Positions 28,658 through 39,851 are shown, counted from the stretch's first letter. The stretch: DNA of 64,000 nt from a virus (IMGVR_UViG_3300042484_001556:2123-66122), one strand, 5' to 3'. Notes: a model not told the origin generated them from the sequence alone. Numbers and translations: made by a program.

Positions 28658-29506
28658 ATGTCAAGACGAATAAGTAGGTTACAAATTAATGCAGGCACCG
28701 CCAGTAATAATGATATACTAGTGGTGCAAGGTAACGACTTAGTTTATAAAAATCTTGCAAACATTTATGCTGGTATAAGTCCAAATTCAAATGTTGAAGG
28801 TAATATTAGATTTACCGGATCGGTAACTGCAAATACTTTTGCCTCTGCAGGATTTGGCGTACCAACACTAACATCGGCAACAAACATTAATTTAAGTGCG
28901 AATGGTGCAAATGGGGGCGCTGTTGTACTTACAAGTTCTCCAATAAGACTTAGATCATATACAACTGCAAATAGAAGTAATATTATTGCGACTGTTGGTG
29001 ATACAATTTATAATTCTAATTTAAATGTACCGCAATACTATAATGGTAGTGCTTGGACCAGCGCAGTAGTTGCCGGTCCGGCATTTAGTGCATATGCAAA
29101 CTCCACCGGACAAACAATTACAAATGGTATACAGACCAAAGTCCTGTTCCAAGTAGAAGAATTTGATACCAACAACAACTATGACAGTTCAAGATTCACT
29201 CCCACAGTCGAAGGGTATTATCAATTAAACGCAGAAGTTCGACTAGATGGCGCCAGTGGCACCGGCGAAATGATGATTGTTCTTTATAAAAACGGCGCAG
29301 AACACAAGCGCGGAACAAACCAACAAGGTACACAAATTGCCGCAAACTTCTGGGCAATGCAAGTAAGTTCCGTGGTGTATGCTAATGGCACCACAGATTA
29401 TTTCGAAATATACGTTCAACAAGGTTCGGGCGGGTCTATATCTGTTACAGCAGTTAATGCTCCAGCTATTACCTGGTTCAACGGATGTATGATCAGAGGC
29501 ATATAA
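28658..29506 (+). CDS. Short fibre with C-terminal C1q/TNF-like domain
   Basis: PAFSAY...KVLFQVEEFDTNNNYD..RFTP.V.GYY...NGTTDYFEIYV...WFNG. Confidence 0.7.
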   Translation: MSRRISRLQINAGTASNNDILVVQGNDLVYKNLANIYAGISPNSNVEGNIRFTGSVTANTFASAGFGVPTLTSATNINLSANGANGGAVVLTSSPIRLRSYTTANRSNIIATVGDTIYNSNLNVPQYYNGSAWTSAVVAGPAFSAYANSTGQTITNGIQTKVLFQVEEFDTNNNYDSSRFTPTVEGYYQLNAEVRLDGASGTGEMMIVLYKNGAEHKRGTNQQGTQIAANFWAMQVSSVVYANGTTDYFEIYVQQGSGGSISVTAVNAPAITWFNGCMIRGI

Positions 29507-29512
29507 TAAAAG

Positions 29513-32500
29513 ATGGCAAAACTAAAAATATCAGAATTAACCAGAATTACTACAGCAAATCCTACAGATTTATTATATGTTGTCCAAGCTAATGCTAGTA
29601 AAAGTATTAGCGTAAATGATTTGCTTAAGAATTTTGCCGGTCTTAGTCTAAGCGGAAATGTTTCTTTCGGTGGTACTCCTCAGGTAATTAGCGGAACTGG
29701 TACGGTAGATTTAACTACACCGATTACCCATATTAGAGTAGGTTCAAGTTTACAACAAGTAACGGTTCCTAGAGGATCTAACGGACAAATAAAAATATTC
29801 ACAACCACCAGTAGCCAAGGTGGTGTCTCGCGGTTATCGGGAAATATTGCAGGCGCAGATTTAAATTTTTCGGCAATTGGCGACGACGCAATTTTAGTAT
29901 ATACTGACGGAAATTGGCGAGTAATAGGGCAATCCGAATTTAGATCTGCAAATTCTTATGTAACATCCGTGAATGGTGAGGGTCCTGGCACCGTAGTGTT
30001 AACTACCGCAAATATTGCAGAGAATACTAATTTATACTACACAAATTCTAGAGTTAGATCAACAATTTCTGTAACAGGCACTGGTTCATATGATCAGGCA
30101 AATGGTATAATCAATATCGTAGGCGGCGTAACATCAGTCAATGGTGCGACTGGCGCAGTTGTATTAACTACTACAAATATTGCAGAAGGTTCTAATTTAT
30201 ATCATACTACTAATCGAGTTCGTCAAGCAATTTCGGTAACGGGCACTGGTTCTTATGACCAAGCAAATGGCATAATTAATGTTGTAGGTGGAGTAACATC
30301 TGTTAATGGTGCAACCGGAGCAGTCGTATTAACTACAGATACTGTTCAAGAAGCAACAAATTTATATTATACTTCAACCAGAGTTATTACTGATTTGAAT
30401 GCTGCAGATACTGTATATCTTGGCAACATATTACCTAAAGATAATTTAACGTATAATATTGGTTCGCCTACTGCAAGATGGAAAACGGGATATTTTGCTG
30501 CACAAACTTTAGATTTGGGCGGGGTTGAATTATCAGTTGACCCCACCACCGGAGGATTAAGTTTACCGGTTGGTTCAACAATCGGAGGGGTAAACCCCGG
30601 GGCAATAATAATTAAAGGAGAACTTGCAAATGTATCCTTGTTACCAGGCAGTGCAACTACAGGTGATGGTTATCTAATTACCAGTAATTTACATGTATGG
30701 AATAGTACAACTTGGACAAATGTAGGATTAGTACAAGGTCCTAGAGGATATACAGGTGCAACTGGCCCAGAAGGTATGCAAGGTACGATTGGCCCGATTG
30801 GTTCAACAGGTACGGCGGGTACAAGTGTAACAATTTTAGGAAGTGTTGCGAATGTCAATTTATTACCTCCAACCGCAATAGATGGGTCTGGGTATTTAAT
30901 TGAAGGCAATCTTTATGTGTTTGCCAGTAATGTAGTTACAAATGTTGGTCGCATTGAAGGTCCACCTGGCGCAACTGGCGTAATAGGATTAACAGGAAAT
31001 ACTGGAGCAACCGGTATTCAGGGCGCAACCGGCGTAATAGGATTAACTGGTAATGTAGGTTTAACGGGATCAACCGGCGCAACCGGATTAACAGGAAATA
31101 CTGGATCAACAGGGGTAATAGGGTTAACCGGTAATGTAGGTTTAACTGGCTCAACCGGTATTACTGGTAATACTGGAGCAACCGGAGTTCAAGGTGCAAC
31201 AGGCATACAAGGTGCGACTGGATTAACCGGTAATACTGGAGCAACCGGAGTTCAAGGTACAACGGGTTCGATTGGTTTGACTGGTGCAACCGGCATACAA
31301 GGTGCAACTGGGGTAATAGGATTAACCGGTAATACTGGAGCAACCGGAGTTCAAGGTGCAACGGGTTCGATTGGTTTGACTGGTAATGTAGGTTTAACAG
31401 GATCAACTGGTGCAACGGGTGTATCTGGTCTATACATAGTTTCTGCAAACGTAAGTACCGCAAATTTGGTTATTACATTAAATGATTCTAATACAATTAA
31501 TGCAGGATACATATTAGGTCCAACAGGTGCGACCGGTGTAACAGGACTAACCGGTAACATTGGCTCAACCGGTGCGACAGGCATACAAGGTGCAACGGGT
31601 ATTGGTTCGATTGGCGCAACAGGTATTCGCGGAGCAACGGGAGCAACGGGTGTAACTGGTAATGTTGGCTCAACCGGCGTACAAGGTGCAACGGGGTTAT
31701 ATGTAGTTTCCGCTAATGTAAGTAATGCAAATTTAATAATTACTTTAAATGACGCAAATGCAATTAATGCGGGATATGTATTTGGTCCAACGGGTGCAAC
31801 CGGATTTACCGGTAATACCGGAGCAACCGGTTTTATTGGTGCATCTGGACTAATTGGATTAACCGGGAATACTGGGGCAACTGGTTCAACCGGTGCAACG
31901 GGGCCTGCTGGAACAAGTGTAACTATACTAGCTTCATTACCAGACTCATCTTCTTTCCCTGTAAGCGGCAATGTCAATGGGGATGGATATTTAATTACCG
32001 GAAATCTTTGGGTATATTCTGGAAATACATTTACAAATGTTGGTACCATTCAAGGACCTAGTGGAGCAACGGGCGCAACCGGAGTACAAGGGGCGACCGG
32101 ATTAACAGGCAATGTAGGCTCAACCGGCGTACAAGGTGCAACAGGCGCAGATTCTACAGTACCAGGAGCAACTGGTTCAACAGGAGCGACCGGAGCTACG
32201 GGATTAGGAGCAACCGGTGCAACAGGCGTAATAGGTGCAACCGGATTGTACATAGTTTCTGCTAATGTAAGTGGCGCAAATTTACAAATTACACTTAATA
32301 ATTCTAATGTTATTTTAGCGGGATCGATATTAGGCCCAACCGGTGCAACTGGAGTAGGAGCAACTGGAGCAACTGGTACAATTGGTTCAACTGGTGCAAC
32401 AGGTCCTGCTGGAGGATTTTCAACTGGATCAAACGGTCAAGTAAATTCTTTAGGTGTAGGTACAACCGCATCAGGTACAGCGGGTGAAATTCGAGCAACG

Positions 32501-32815
32501 AATAATATAACTGCATATTATTCGGATGATAGATTAAAAACTAAATTAGGTCCTATTACCGACGCATTAGATAAAATTAAACAATTATCTGGATTTTATT
32601 ATCAGGCAAATGAAATTGCGCAGGCATTGGGATATGAAGTTAAACAAGAGGTGGGTGTATCCGCACAGGAAGTACAAAAAGTACAACCAGAAGTAGTTGC
32701 CCCTGCGCCAATTGATGAAAAATATTTAACTGTTAGATATGAAAGATTGATACCTCTAATTATTGAAGCAATTAAAGAATTAGACGTAAAAGTCAATGAG
32801 CTAAAGGATAAGTAA
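29513..32815 (+). CDS. Long collagen-like (Gly-X-Thr) tail fibre with C-terminal S74-type chaperone
   Basis: GXT triplet tracts interrupted by small domains, VTSVNGxTGAVVL repeats, and SDDRLKTKL...[13 protein letters not shown]...[17 protein letters not shown]. Confidence 0.85.
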   Translation: MAKLKISELTRITTANPTDLLYVVQANASKSISVNDLLKNFAGLSLSGNVSFGGTPQVISGTGTVDLTTPITHIRVGSSLQQVTVPRGSNGQIKIFTTTSSQGGVSRLSGNIAGADLNFSAIGDDAILVYTDGNWRVIGQSEFRSANSYVTSVNGEGPGTVVLTTANIAENTNLYYTNSRVRSTISVTGTGSYDQANGIINIVGGVTSVNGATGAVVLTTTNIAEGSNLYHTTNRVRQAISVTGTGSYDQANGIINVVGGVTSVNGATGAVVLTTDTVQEATNLYYTSTRVITDLNAADTVYLGNILPKDNLTYNIGSPTARWKTGYFAAQTLDLGGVELSVDPTTGGLSLPVGSTIGGVNPGAIIIKGELANVSLLPGSATTGDGYLITSNLHVWNSTTWTNVGLVQGPRGYTGATGPEGMQGTIGPIGSTGTAGTSVTILGSVANVNLLPPTAIDGSGYLIEGNLYVFASNVVTNVGRIEGPPGATGVIGLTGNTGATGIQGATGVIGLTGNVGLTGSTGATGLTGNTGSTGVIGLTGNVGLTGSTGITGNTGATGVQGATGIQGATGLTGNTGATGVQGTTGSIGLTGATGIQGATGVIGLTGNTGATGVQGATGSIGLTGNVGLTGSTGATGVSGLYIVSANVSTANLVITLNDSNTINAGYILGPTGATGVTGLTGNIGSTGATGIQGATGIGSIGATGIRGATGATGVTGNVGSTGVQGATGLYVVSANVSNANLIITLNDANAINAGYVFGPTGATGFTGNTGATGFIGASGLIGLTGNTGATGSTGATGPAGTSVTILASLPDSSSFPVSGNVNGDGYLITGNLWVYSGNTFTNVGTIQGPSGATGATGVQGATGLTGNVGSTGVQGATGADSTVPGATGSTGATGATGLGATGATGVIGATGLYIVSANVSGANLQITLNNSNVILAGSILGPTGATGVGATGATGTIGSTGATGPAGGFSTGSNGQVNSLGVGTTASGTAGEIRATNNITAYYSDDRLKTKLGPITDALDKIKQLSGFYYQANEIAQALGYEVKQEVGVSAQEVQKVQPEVVAPAPIDEKYLTVRYERLIPLIIEAIKELDVKVNELKDK

Positions 32816-33891
32816 TGGCTTTATTGAATTCGGGTGCAATTAGTCTCGGTGGAAATATATCAGGTCTTTCAGTTAATCTTGAATTATTTAAAGCAGCCAA
32901 CGCTACAATAAGTATAAATGATATAGATGCTAGAGACTTAGCAGATATTCCATCCGGTACAATTTCATTGAGCGATTTCTATGGTAAGTCTTATTATGCA
33001 TTTGGGCAAGAAGAATTTACTACTCCCGGTACATACACTTGGGTATGCCCGTCTGACGTAACATCCATTTCTGTTTTATGTATTGGTGGAGGTGGAGGCG
33101 GTAGTGCCGGAACGAATCTTATTGGCGTAGGAGGCGGTGGTGGCGGCGGTGCGCTAGCTTATAGAAATGCGGTTGCGGTTATTCCTAATCAAAGTTATAA
33201 TATTGTTGTCGGCGCAGGAGGTACTGGTCAAATAACAATTAGCGGAACAACTACTCAAGAAGCAGGAAGTGGCGGTGGATCTAGCGCATTCTCCTGTGTC
33301 GGCGGTGGAGGACAATCCGGAGGAAAATCGTCGGCAAATGCAACCATTAGTATTGGCTCATCTGCACTAGGAGACGGTGGCACTCTTGGGGGAGTATATA
33401 GCGGAGGTTCAATTGGTGGAGCTGGTGGAAGTATAGATACTTCTTCTGTAGGTTTTCGAGCACCAGGCGGCGGTGGCGCAGCTGGCTATACCGGAATAGG
33501 AGGAGCGGGCGCTCGAGGTGCAAGACCAACAGGATCTCCTGCATCGTCCGCCGGCTTTGCGGGCACTGCGGGATTAGGAGGCGGTGCAGGTGGAGGTGGT
33601 TCTGGATATATAAGCGATACCATACGAGAAGCAACCGGCGGCAACGGTGGTGGCGTAGGAGTGTATGGTTCGGGGCCAAACGGTGCTGGAGGAATAGGCG
33701 GATCCTCGACAATAACACGCGGTAATGGTGGAGATGGTTCATTTGGTTCATTTGGTTACTATGGTGCAGGCGGCGGGGGTGGGGTAGGCGGTTCGACTAG
33801 AAATGCGGAAAATGGTATAAATGGTGCAGTAAGAATAATTTGGCCTGGGCAATTACGTTCATTCCCTCTAACACTAACAGATAATGTTTAA
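32815..33891 (+). CDS. Gly-rich adhesin (gp38-like arrangement at the fibre tip)
   Basis: N-terminal SGAISL...ISLSDFYGK cap, Gly-rich body ending GAVRIIW. Start overlaps the stop of the chaperone-bearing fibre. Confidence 0.65.
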   Translation: MALLNSGAISLGGNISGLSVNLELFKAANATISINDIDARDLADIPSGTISLSDFYGKSYYAFGQEEFTTPGTYTWVCPSDVTSISVLCIGGGGGGSAGTNLIGVGGGGGGGALAYRNAVAVIPNQSYNIVVGAGGTGQITISGTTTQEAGSGGGSSAFSCVGGGGQSGGKSSANATISIGSSALGDGGTLGGVYSGGSIGGAGGSIDTSSVGFRAPGGGGAAGYTGIGGAGARGARPTGSPASSAGFAGTAGLGGGAGGGGSGYISDTIREATGGNGGGVGVYGSGPNGAGGIGGSSTITRGNGGDGSFGSFGYYGAGGGGGVGGSTRNAENGINGAVRIIWPGQLRSFPLTLTDNV

Positions 33892-35473
33892 AGAATATAT
33901 TGTAAGTTTACAAAAAAATGTAGATTATACCTCATTTTGGCAGGAGATGGAGTCTCCTACGAATGCCCATCCATTCATTCCTGATAGAAAAATAGATATA
34001 GTAAATAATAGAGATGGTAGCACAAGAAGTTGCCATTATTCGTTAACAGATGAAGAAGCAAATATATTAAAAAATGATTCTAGAGTATATTCCGTAGAAA
34101 TTCCACCTGAACAACGAGACGATATAAAAATTGGATTTCGTGGTGCACAGGTTGGAGATTTTACTAAGCCATCGACATCAACCGGTGCATATAAAAATTG
34201 GGGATTGCGTAGAATAAACAGCGCAACCAATCTTTATGGTACGGGTACAACTACCGATAATGTTTACAAATATTTACTAGATGGCACAGGAGTAGATGTT
34301 GTTATACAGGATAGCGGCATTGAACTGAACCATCCGGAATTTAAAGACAATTTTGGTTCTTCTCGAATACAACAGATAAATTGGTATACTGCCAGCGGCT
34401 TGGGCGGTACACAGAACGCAAATCATTATAGAGATTATGATGGGCACGGGACGCATGTTGCCGGTATAGCAACGGGTAAAACTTTTGGCTGGGCAAAAAA
34501 TGCAAAAATATATTCTTTGAAGGTAAGCGGTCTTGAAGGTGCTGGCGATTCTGGTACTGGGATATCAATTACGGATTGCTTTGACGTAATTAAACTTTGG
34601 CATAGAAATAAACCAATTGATTCATCTACGGGATTTAAGCGACCAACAATTGTTAATATGAGCTGGGGATATAGTTTAACCTATTCATCTGTATCTTCTG
34701 TTTTATATAGAGGAGTTACTTACAATGATGCCAATACTACAGGTAATGCAGCATATCGTTGGACAAATTTTGGCTTAGTAAATTTATCTAGTGGCGGAAA
34801 TTTTATTACTAATTTTAGATTAGGATCCGTTGATGTTGATATACAGGAAATGATTGATGAAGGCATACATGTCATCATTGCTGCGGGAAATAACTACCAC
34901 AAAATAGATACTCCGGACGGAGTAGACTATGAGAATTATTTTACTTCTGGTGGATCAGATTATTTCTATCACAGAGGTTCTAGTCCATATGATGACGAAG
35001 CGTTTAAGGTTGGTAATATTGATAGTACTGTATTTTCTGCAGTACAAGATCAAAAAGCCCATTCAAGCGAAACCGGTCCAGGTGTTGATGTATGGGCGCC
35101 GGGATCAAATATTATAAGTTGCACTAGTAACACTAATTCATTTAGCGGTGTTGCCTATAATTTAGATTCTAGCTTTAAACAAGTTATTTTAAGCGGAACA
35201 TCAATGGCTGCACCTCAGGTGTGTGGGTTAGGCGCACTTTATTTACAAATAAATCCCGGAGTAAGACCAAATCAACTTAAATCTTGGTTCTTAGGAAAAT
35301 CGGTAAGCAATACCACCATATATAGTTCTAACATCAACAATGATTATACTAATACTAGATCATTGCTAGGTGGAAATAATAGATTTGTATATAACCCATT
35401 TGGTATAGATTCGGATACTCTTGTATCTGGTCCAATGACTTTAGTATCAGGAGCAATTAACTTAACACAATGA
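33884..35473 (+). CDS. Subtilisin-like S8 serine protease, probably virion-associated
   Basis: Catalytic triad motifs VVIQDSG, HGTHVAG and GTSMAAPQV, with oxyanion AAGN and NMSWG. Confidence 0.9.
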   Translation: MFKEYIVSLQKNVDYTSFWQEMESPTNAHPFIPDRKIDIVNNRDGSTRSCHYSLTDEEANILKNDSRVYSVEIPPEQRDDIKIGFRGAQVGDFTKPSTSTGAYKNWGLRRINSATNLYGTGTTTDNVYKYLLDGTGVDVVIQDSGIELNHPEFKDNFGSSRIQQINWYTASGLGGTQNANHYRDYDGHGTHVAGIATGKTFGWAKNAKIYSLKVSGLEGAGDSGTGISITDCFDVIKLWHRNKPIDSSTGFKRPTIVNMSWGYSLTYSSVSSVLYRGVTYNDANTTGNAAYRWTNFGLVNLSSGGNFITNFRLGSVDVDIQEMIDEGIHVIIAAGNNYHKIDTPDGVDYENYFTSGGSDYFYHRGSSPYDDEAFKVGNIDSTVFSAVQDQKAHSSETGPGVDVWAPGSNIISCTSNTNSFSGVAYNLDSSFKQVILSGTSMAAPQVCGLGALYLQINPGVRPNQLKSWFLGKSVSNTTIYSSNINNDYTNTRSLLGGNNRFVYNPFGIDSDTLVSGPMTLVSGAINLTQ

Positions 35474-35859
35474 TATTTGAATTGACTGAAGATAATTTTG
35501 TAATGTTTGCAGTAAAACACTATGACAATCCGGGGTGCCTCGGTATGGATGAGTTTTACGACGATTTAAAACGATTTAAATATATTAAACGATTACTTCG
35601 TAAACATGATGTGGGCAAGGATCTTAAAGAAAGATTAATACTTAATCATATAATTATACTAGGAAATTTATTTGGTGTTGAGGCAACAACTAAAATGCTA
35701 TTCTTTAAGTTAGAAGAAAAATTTTGGCCTCAAATAAAAACTTTCCTAGTATTTTTAAACTATATGCCTATAAAAATTATAGTAACAACCGGTGTAGAAA
35801 TAGTAGATAATGATATACCGTTAGATGAAACCGTATTAGAAACTTTAAAGAAGATTTAA
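35470..35859 (+). CDS. Conserved T4-like hypothetical protein
   Basis: YDNP.C...EF..DLKRFKYIKRL...ERLILNH pattern, typical of T4-like genes upstream of primase. Confidence 0.7.
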   Translation: MIFELTEDNFVMFAVKHYDNPGCLGMDEFYDDLKRFKYIKRLLRKHDVGKDLKERLILNHIIILGNLFGVEATTKMLFFKLEEKFWPQIKTFLVFLNYMPIKIIVTTGVEIVDNDIPLDETVLETLKKI

Positions 35860-36420
35860 ATGGGAAGATTTGTAGATTCAATTATTGCTCTAAGAATACT
35901 AAACTTATTAGTTACTCCCTTTGAAAATACCGAGGCATATAAGCGCGGCATTATAGATACTAAAGGCAAAGAACTAAAAAAGATGAGTGAATTAAACACC
36001 GTCGAAGATAGAGATGCATATACTTTATTACATAGATTAGTTTATAGATTAAAACGAATTATTGAAAAGGTGCCTATTGATAATAAAAAAATTGTGTCTT
36101 TAGCTGCCGCATATTCTTTAATCAAAGAGCATACACAATTAGGTAAAGAGCCCTTAAATCTCGAAGAACAATATATAAGACTCATCGGTGAAGATTTGAC
36201 AGAAGAAATTGCGGAAGTTGAGAAAATATTAGATGAAAAAAAGATTTTTACTTTTAAACAATTTTCGGAAGAAACTGGTATGGTAGCTCCGGCGAATAAT
36301 GCAATGGCTACTTCAGGTATTGCTGGATTAGATAAAGATGTACCCGTAAGTAAAAAAGCACAGAAAAAATATACAGCATCCGGTGCTAGTTCTATGTTTA
36401 GAAGAAATAAGGCATTATAA
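35860..36420 (+). CDS. Conserved T4-like hypothetical protein (possibly head-associated)
   Basis: LLVTPF...AYK.GIID..G motif; C-terminal FKQFSEE...APAN. Confidence 0.6.
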   Translation: MGRFVDSIIALRILNLLVTPFENTEAYKRGIIDTKGKELKKMSELNTVEDRDAYTLLHRLVYRLKRIIEKVPIDNKKIVSLAAAYSLIKEHTQLGKEPLNLEEQYIRLIGEDLTEEIAEVEKILDEKKIFTFKQFSEETGMVAPANNAMATSGIAGLDKDVPVSKKAQKKYTASGASSMFRRNKAL

Positions 36421-36762
36421 ATGGCTACAAATAATATACGAGATCTTGACACTGATATACGAGTTTCGGTATTGGAAACTCAAGTTAATTCGTTAACTAC
36501 AGGTTTTGAGAAAATTGAGAAAAAAATGGAAGATAATTATGTAATTTTACATGAGCGCATCAATGATCTTGGATCGGAGTTTGAACATAAAAACGAAAAG
36601 ATTATAGAAAAAATTGACGCACATAGTGAAACTAGCGCTAGACATAATCATGAAATTTTGGAAAAAATTGGTAAAATTGAAAAATGGCGTTGGATGATAA
36701 TGGGCGGAGCAATGGTTGCGGGTTATGTACTTGCTCACATTAAAATGGAAAATTTGTTCTAA
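36421..36762 (+). CDS. Coiled-coil protein with C-terminal hydrophobic helix
   Basis: Heptad-rich sequence followed by EKWRWMIMGGAMVAGYVL. Confidence 0.6.
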   Translation: MATNNIRDLDTDIRVSVLETQVNSLTTGFEKIEKKMEDNYVILHERINDLGSEFEHKNEKIIEKIDAHSETSARHNHEILEKIGKIEKWRWMIMGGAMVAGYVLAHIKMENLF

Positions 36763-36766
36763 AGGC

Positions 36767-36795
36767 TTGACTTTCTAGTAGTTCTATTATATAAT
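36767..36795 (+). promoter_or_regulatory. sigma70-type promoter TTGACT-N17-TATAAT
   Basis: Near-consensus boxes upstream of the primase RBS (aggag). Confidence 0.8.
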
Positions 36796-36818
36796 TTAGA
36801 CTTCGTATAGGAGTCTAA

Positions 36819-37841
36819 ATGTCTTTATTTGTAGATTTAAAGTATTTGAAGTTAATTAGTAATCAACTTCCTCTTTTTAAACAAAAGAGCGATCGTTTAT
36901 ATAATTGCAGATGTATAATCTGCGGTGACTCTGAGGCAAAGAAAAATAAGGCAAGGGGATATTTTTATCCTGCAAAAAATGATTTATTTTATAAATGTCA
37001 TAACTGCGGTGCATCTATGCACTTTGGTTCATTTTTAAAACAATTCAACGGGTTGCAGTATAATCAATATTCTTTGGAACGATACAACGAAGGCTTACCT
37101 AGTAATAAACCGCATCAAAATATTGAAGATAAATTTAAGATGCAAGCTCCGGTATTTGTAAAGCCGGAACAACGCTTATTAGATGGTCTGTTGGATCGAT
37201 TGGATAAATTACCCGAAGATCATGAGGCGGTTCAATTTTGTTTGACACGCAAAATACCTAGAGGAAAGTTTCATTACTTATATTATATTGATAATATTTC
37301 CAATATTGTACAACTTAATACGAAGTATAAAGAACAAATAAAAACAAAAGAACCTAGATTAGTACTTCCTTTTTACAATAAAGATAATCAATTGATTGCA
37401 GTAACATGCAGAGCTTTGCGAAATGAAAGTCTCAGATATGTTACTGTGAAAATTATAGAAGATGAATTACTAGCTTTTGGATTAGATAAATTAGATAGAA
37501 CTAAACCAATTTATGTTGTCGAGGGACCCATTGATAGTTTATTTTTACCTAATTGTATTGCGGTGGGTGGTACTGCATTTACCAAATTGGAAACATTAGA
37601 TTTACCAAAAGATAAAGTTATTGCTATATTGGACAATCAACCTCGTAATAAAGATGTTTGTAAAATTTTAGATAAGGTGATTGATAAACAATATAAGGTT
37701 GTGATCTGGCCTCAATCCTTAGATCAAAAAGATATTAATGATATGGTATTGGCAGGTAAAGATCCACTTGATGTTGTTAAGAAACATATATATCAAGGAT
37801 TAGAAGCAAAAATTAAATTTACAGAGTGGAAGAGGTGTTAG
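36819..37841 (+). CDS. 61: DNA primase (T4 gp61-like)
   Basis: Zn finger CIICGDS...KCHNC, RLVLPF, and TOPRIM motifs VVEGPIDSLF, DNQPRN, KDINDM. Confidence 0.92.
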   Translation: MSLFVDLKYLKLISNQLPLFKQKSDRLYNCRCIICGDSEAKKNKARGYFYPAKNDLFYKCHNCGASMHFGSFLKQFNGLQYNQYSLERYNEGLPSNKPHQNIEDKFKMQAPVFVKPEQRLLDGLLDRLDKLPEDHEAVQFCLTRKIPRGKFHYLYYIDNISNIVQLNTKYKEQIKTKEPRLVLPFYNKDNQLIAVTCRALRNESLRYVTVKIIEDELLAFGLDKLDRTKPIYVVEGPIDSLFLPNCIAVGGTAFTKLETLDLPKDKVIAILDNQPRNKDVCKILDKVIDKQYKVVIWPQSLDQKDINDMVLAGKDPLDVVKKHIYQGLEAKIKFTEWKRC

Positions 37842-37842
37842 T

Positions 37843-38502
37843 ATGAAAGTATATATTTCTAATTATCGTAATCATTGGATTTCTCCGTATACAGTACTTG
37901 AGAAGATTTTCTTCTGGCGCGAAATTGATTATGATGAACCTATCATTGTAAAACTTTCTGATATACTGCAGCCGATTAGTTTAGTTCTGCAAAAGTTTTT
38001 AGACTTTGTTCATCCAAAGACTAATTATGTAAAAATTGATAAATGGGATACTTGGTCTATGGATCATACGTTATCCTATATTATTCTACCTATGTTGAAA
38101 CAACTAAAGGAAAAGGCAAATGGCTCGCCTCTCGTAGATGATGAGGATGTTCCGGAAGAACTTAAAAGTAGTTCCGCCCCTACTAAGGTAAATGAGTGGG
38201 ATCCAGATGATAATTACTTTAAACGATGGGAATGGGTTTTAGGCGAAATGATTTTCGCATTTAATTGCAAGATCGATGATTCTTGGCAAGACGAATTTAA
38301 ATCAGGGGAATTTGATATGATGCATGTTCCTGTTGATAAAGACGGCAACGAAGTTCCTGAGCAAGGTGCAAAATTATATGAATTGAGAGATGGCCCTAAC
38401 CATACATATAAATGTGATTTTGATGGTATGCGAAAAGTTGAGGAAAGAATGCAAAATGGCTTTAGATTGTTTGGAAAATATTATAATGGATTGTGGGATT
38501 AA
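37843..38502 (+). CDS. Conserved phage hypothetical protein
   Basis: 219-aa ORF with IDKWDTWSMD..L..II.PML and GF.LFGKYY..LWD. Confidence 0.7.
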   Translation: MKVYISNYRNHWISPYTVLEKIFFWREIDYDEPIIVKLSDILQPISLVLQKFLDFVHPKTNYVKIDKWDTWSMDHTLSYIILPMLKQLKEKANGSPLVDDEDVPEELKSSSAPTKVNEWDPDDNYFKRWEWVLGEMIFAFNCKIDDSWQDEFKSGEFDMMHVPVDKDGNEVPEQGAKLYELRDGPNHTYKCDFDGMRKVEERMQNGFRLFGKYYNGLWD

Positions 38503-38504
38503 CT

Positions 38505-38681
38505 ATGAGCCTAGATGAAGAAATCGCATTTAATTCCTGGTGGGATGCTAGTAAATATATGCAGGTTGTGGCATCGTCGGAGTCATCGAAGCAAGTAGCA
38601 AAGGATGCATGGGAAGCCGCATTAAATTTTGAACAAGCAAAAGCTATAAGGTCAACACGTTGGAATGGAGTAATACAGTGA
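38505..38681 (+). CDS. Hypothetical protein
   Basis: ATG at 38505 fills the gap; stop overlaps the thyX GTG start. Confidence 0.55.
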   Translation: MSLDEEIAFNSWWDASKYMQVVASSESSKQVAKDAWEAALNFEQAKAIRSTRWNGVIQ

Positions 38682-39340
38682 AAGTAAAATTGATAGGTTA
38701 CACAAAACCTAATGTAGATGTTGATGTACCTGAGATGAATGACCTGCAGGATTTGATTGCATTTTGTGCAAGAGTAAGTAATCCCGCAAATCAAAATAAT
38801 ACTGAAACAAGCGAAAAGCTTATTAAATATCTAATTAAAAACAAGCATTGGTCACCGTTAGAAATGGTCCATGTTACTCTTGAAATTGAAACAACTCGCG
38901 ACATTGCACGACAAATGCTTCGCCACAGATCATTTTCTTTTCAGGAATTTAGTCAACGATATGCAGACCCCGTTAAGCACTTAGACTTTGTTATACGTGA
39001 AGCTAGATTACAAGATACTAAAAATCGTCAGAATAGTATTGCAACTGATGATGTAGAACTTAATTTGGAATGGGCTCGCCGTCAGCAAAACATTATTGAC
39101 GTAGTAAAAGACACATATAAATGGGCAATTGATAATGGTATTGCGAAAGAACAAGCTCGGGCAATTCTACCCGAAGGTAACACTGTAAGTAAACTCTATA
39201 TGGCGGGTACTCTTAGAAGTTGGATTCATTACGTTCAACTTAGATCAGAAAACGGAACGCAACAGGAACATGTGGACATAGCCGAAGCCTGTGCTGAAGT
39301 TATTTCTACTATCTTCCCAATGGCTAAGGATATGATTTAA
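38678..39340 (+). CDS. thyX: FAD-dependent thymidylate synthase
   Basis: HWSPLE and RQMLRHRSFSFQEFSQRY (RHRX7S motif). GTG start at 38678 with GGAG RBS. Confidence 0.95.
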   Translation: MKVKLIGYTKPNVDVDVPEMNDLQDLIAFCARVSNPANQNNTETSEKLIKYLIKNKHWSPLEMVHVTLEIETTRDIARQMLRHRSFSFQEFSQRYADPVKHLDFVIREARLQDTKNRQNSIATDDVELNLEWARRQQNIIDVVKDTYKWAIDNGIAKEQARAILPEGNTVSKLYMAGTLRSWIHYVQLRSENGTQQEHVDIAEACAEVISTIFPMAKDMI

Positions 39341-39374
39341 TAAATAACAGACTCCCTACTTTTTATTCTATCAT

Positions 39375-39851
39375 ATGTGGATTCTAAAATTCCTTCCAGA
39401 TTCTTTATTAATACTATTAACCCATGCAATAACTGCAATTGGAGCAATAGCATTATTGGTTGGATTCTTTTTAGCATTCATTCCCATTATTAGTAGATAT
39501 GGTAAGATATTAAAGATTGCAGGTACCGCGGTTCTTCTAATAGGCATATATTTCGAAGGCGGATTGAGTACCGAAATGGAATGGCGCAAACGAGTCGCAG
39601 AAATGCAAGAAAAGGTTAGACTTGCAGAACAAAAAAGCGTCATTGTAAATACTAAAATACAAACTAAAATTGTAGAAAAGATTAAGGTCATTAAAGAACG
39701 AGGCGAAGAGCATATTAAATACATCGATAGAGAGATAGTAAAATATGACGATAAATGCGTAATACCAAAAGAATTTATTCAATTATTAAATGATGCCTCT
39801 AAGAAACCAGTAGATACTCCTGAAAATACTGCAGGAGAAGGTAATGAATAA
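39375..39851 (+). CDS. Inner-membrane spanin (Rz-like)
   Basis: N-terminal TM helices, coiled coil and a C-terminal Cys (KCVIP). Overlaps the lipoprotein gene. Confidence 0.65.
   Translation: MWILKFLPDSLLILLTHAITAIGAIALLVGFFLAFIPIISRYGKILKIAGTAVLLIGIYFEGGLSTEMEWRKRVAEMQEKVRLAEQKSVIVNTKIQTKIVEKIKVIKERGEEHIKYIDREIVKYDDKCVIPKEFIQLLNDASKKPVDTPENTAGEGNE

Noticed and set aside
11302-29506. Diversity-generating retroelement or invertase shufflon acting on the tips
   Set aside because: No reverse transcriptase or recombinase in the window, all repeats are direct, all cassettes are co-oriented, and no adenine-specific TR/VR mismatch pattern was seen.
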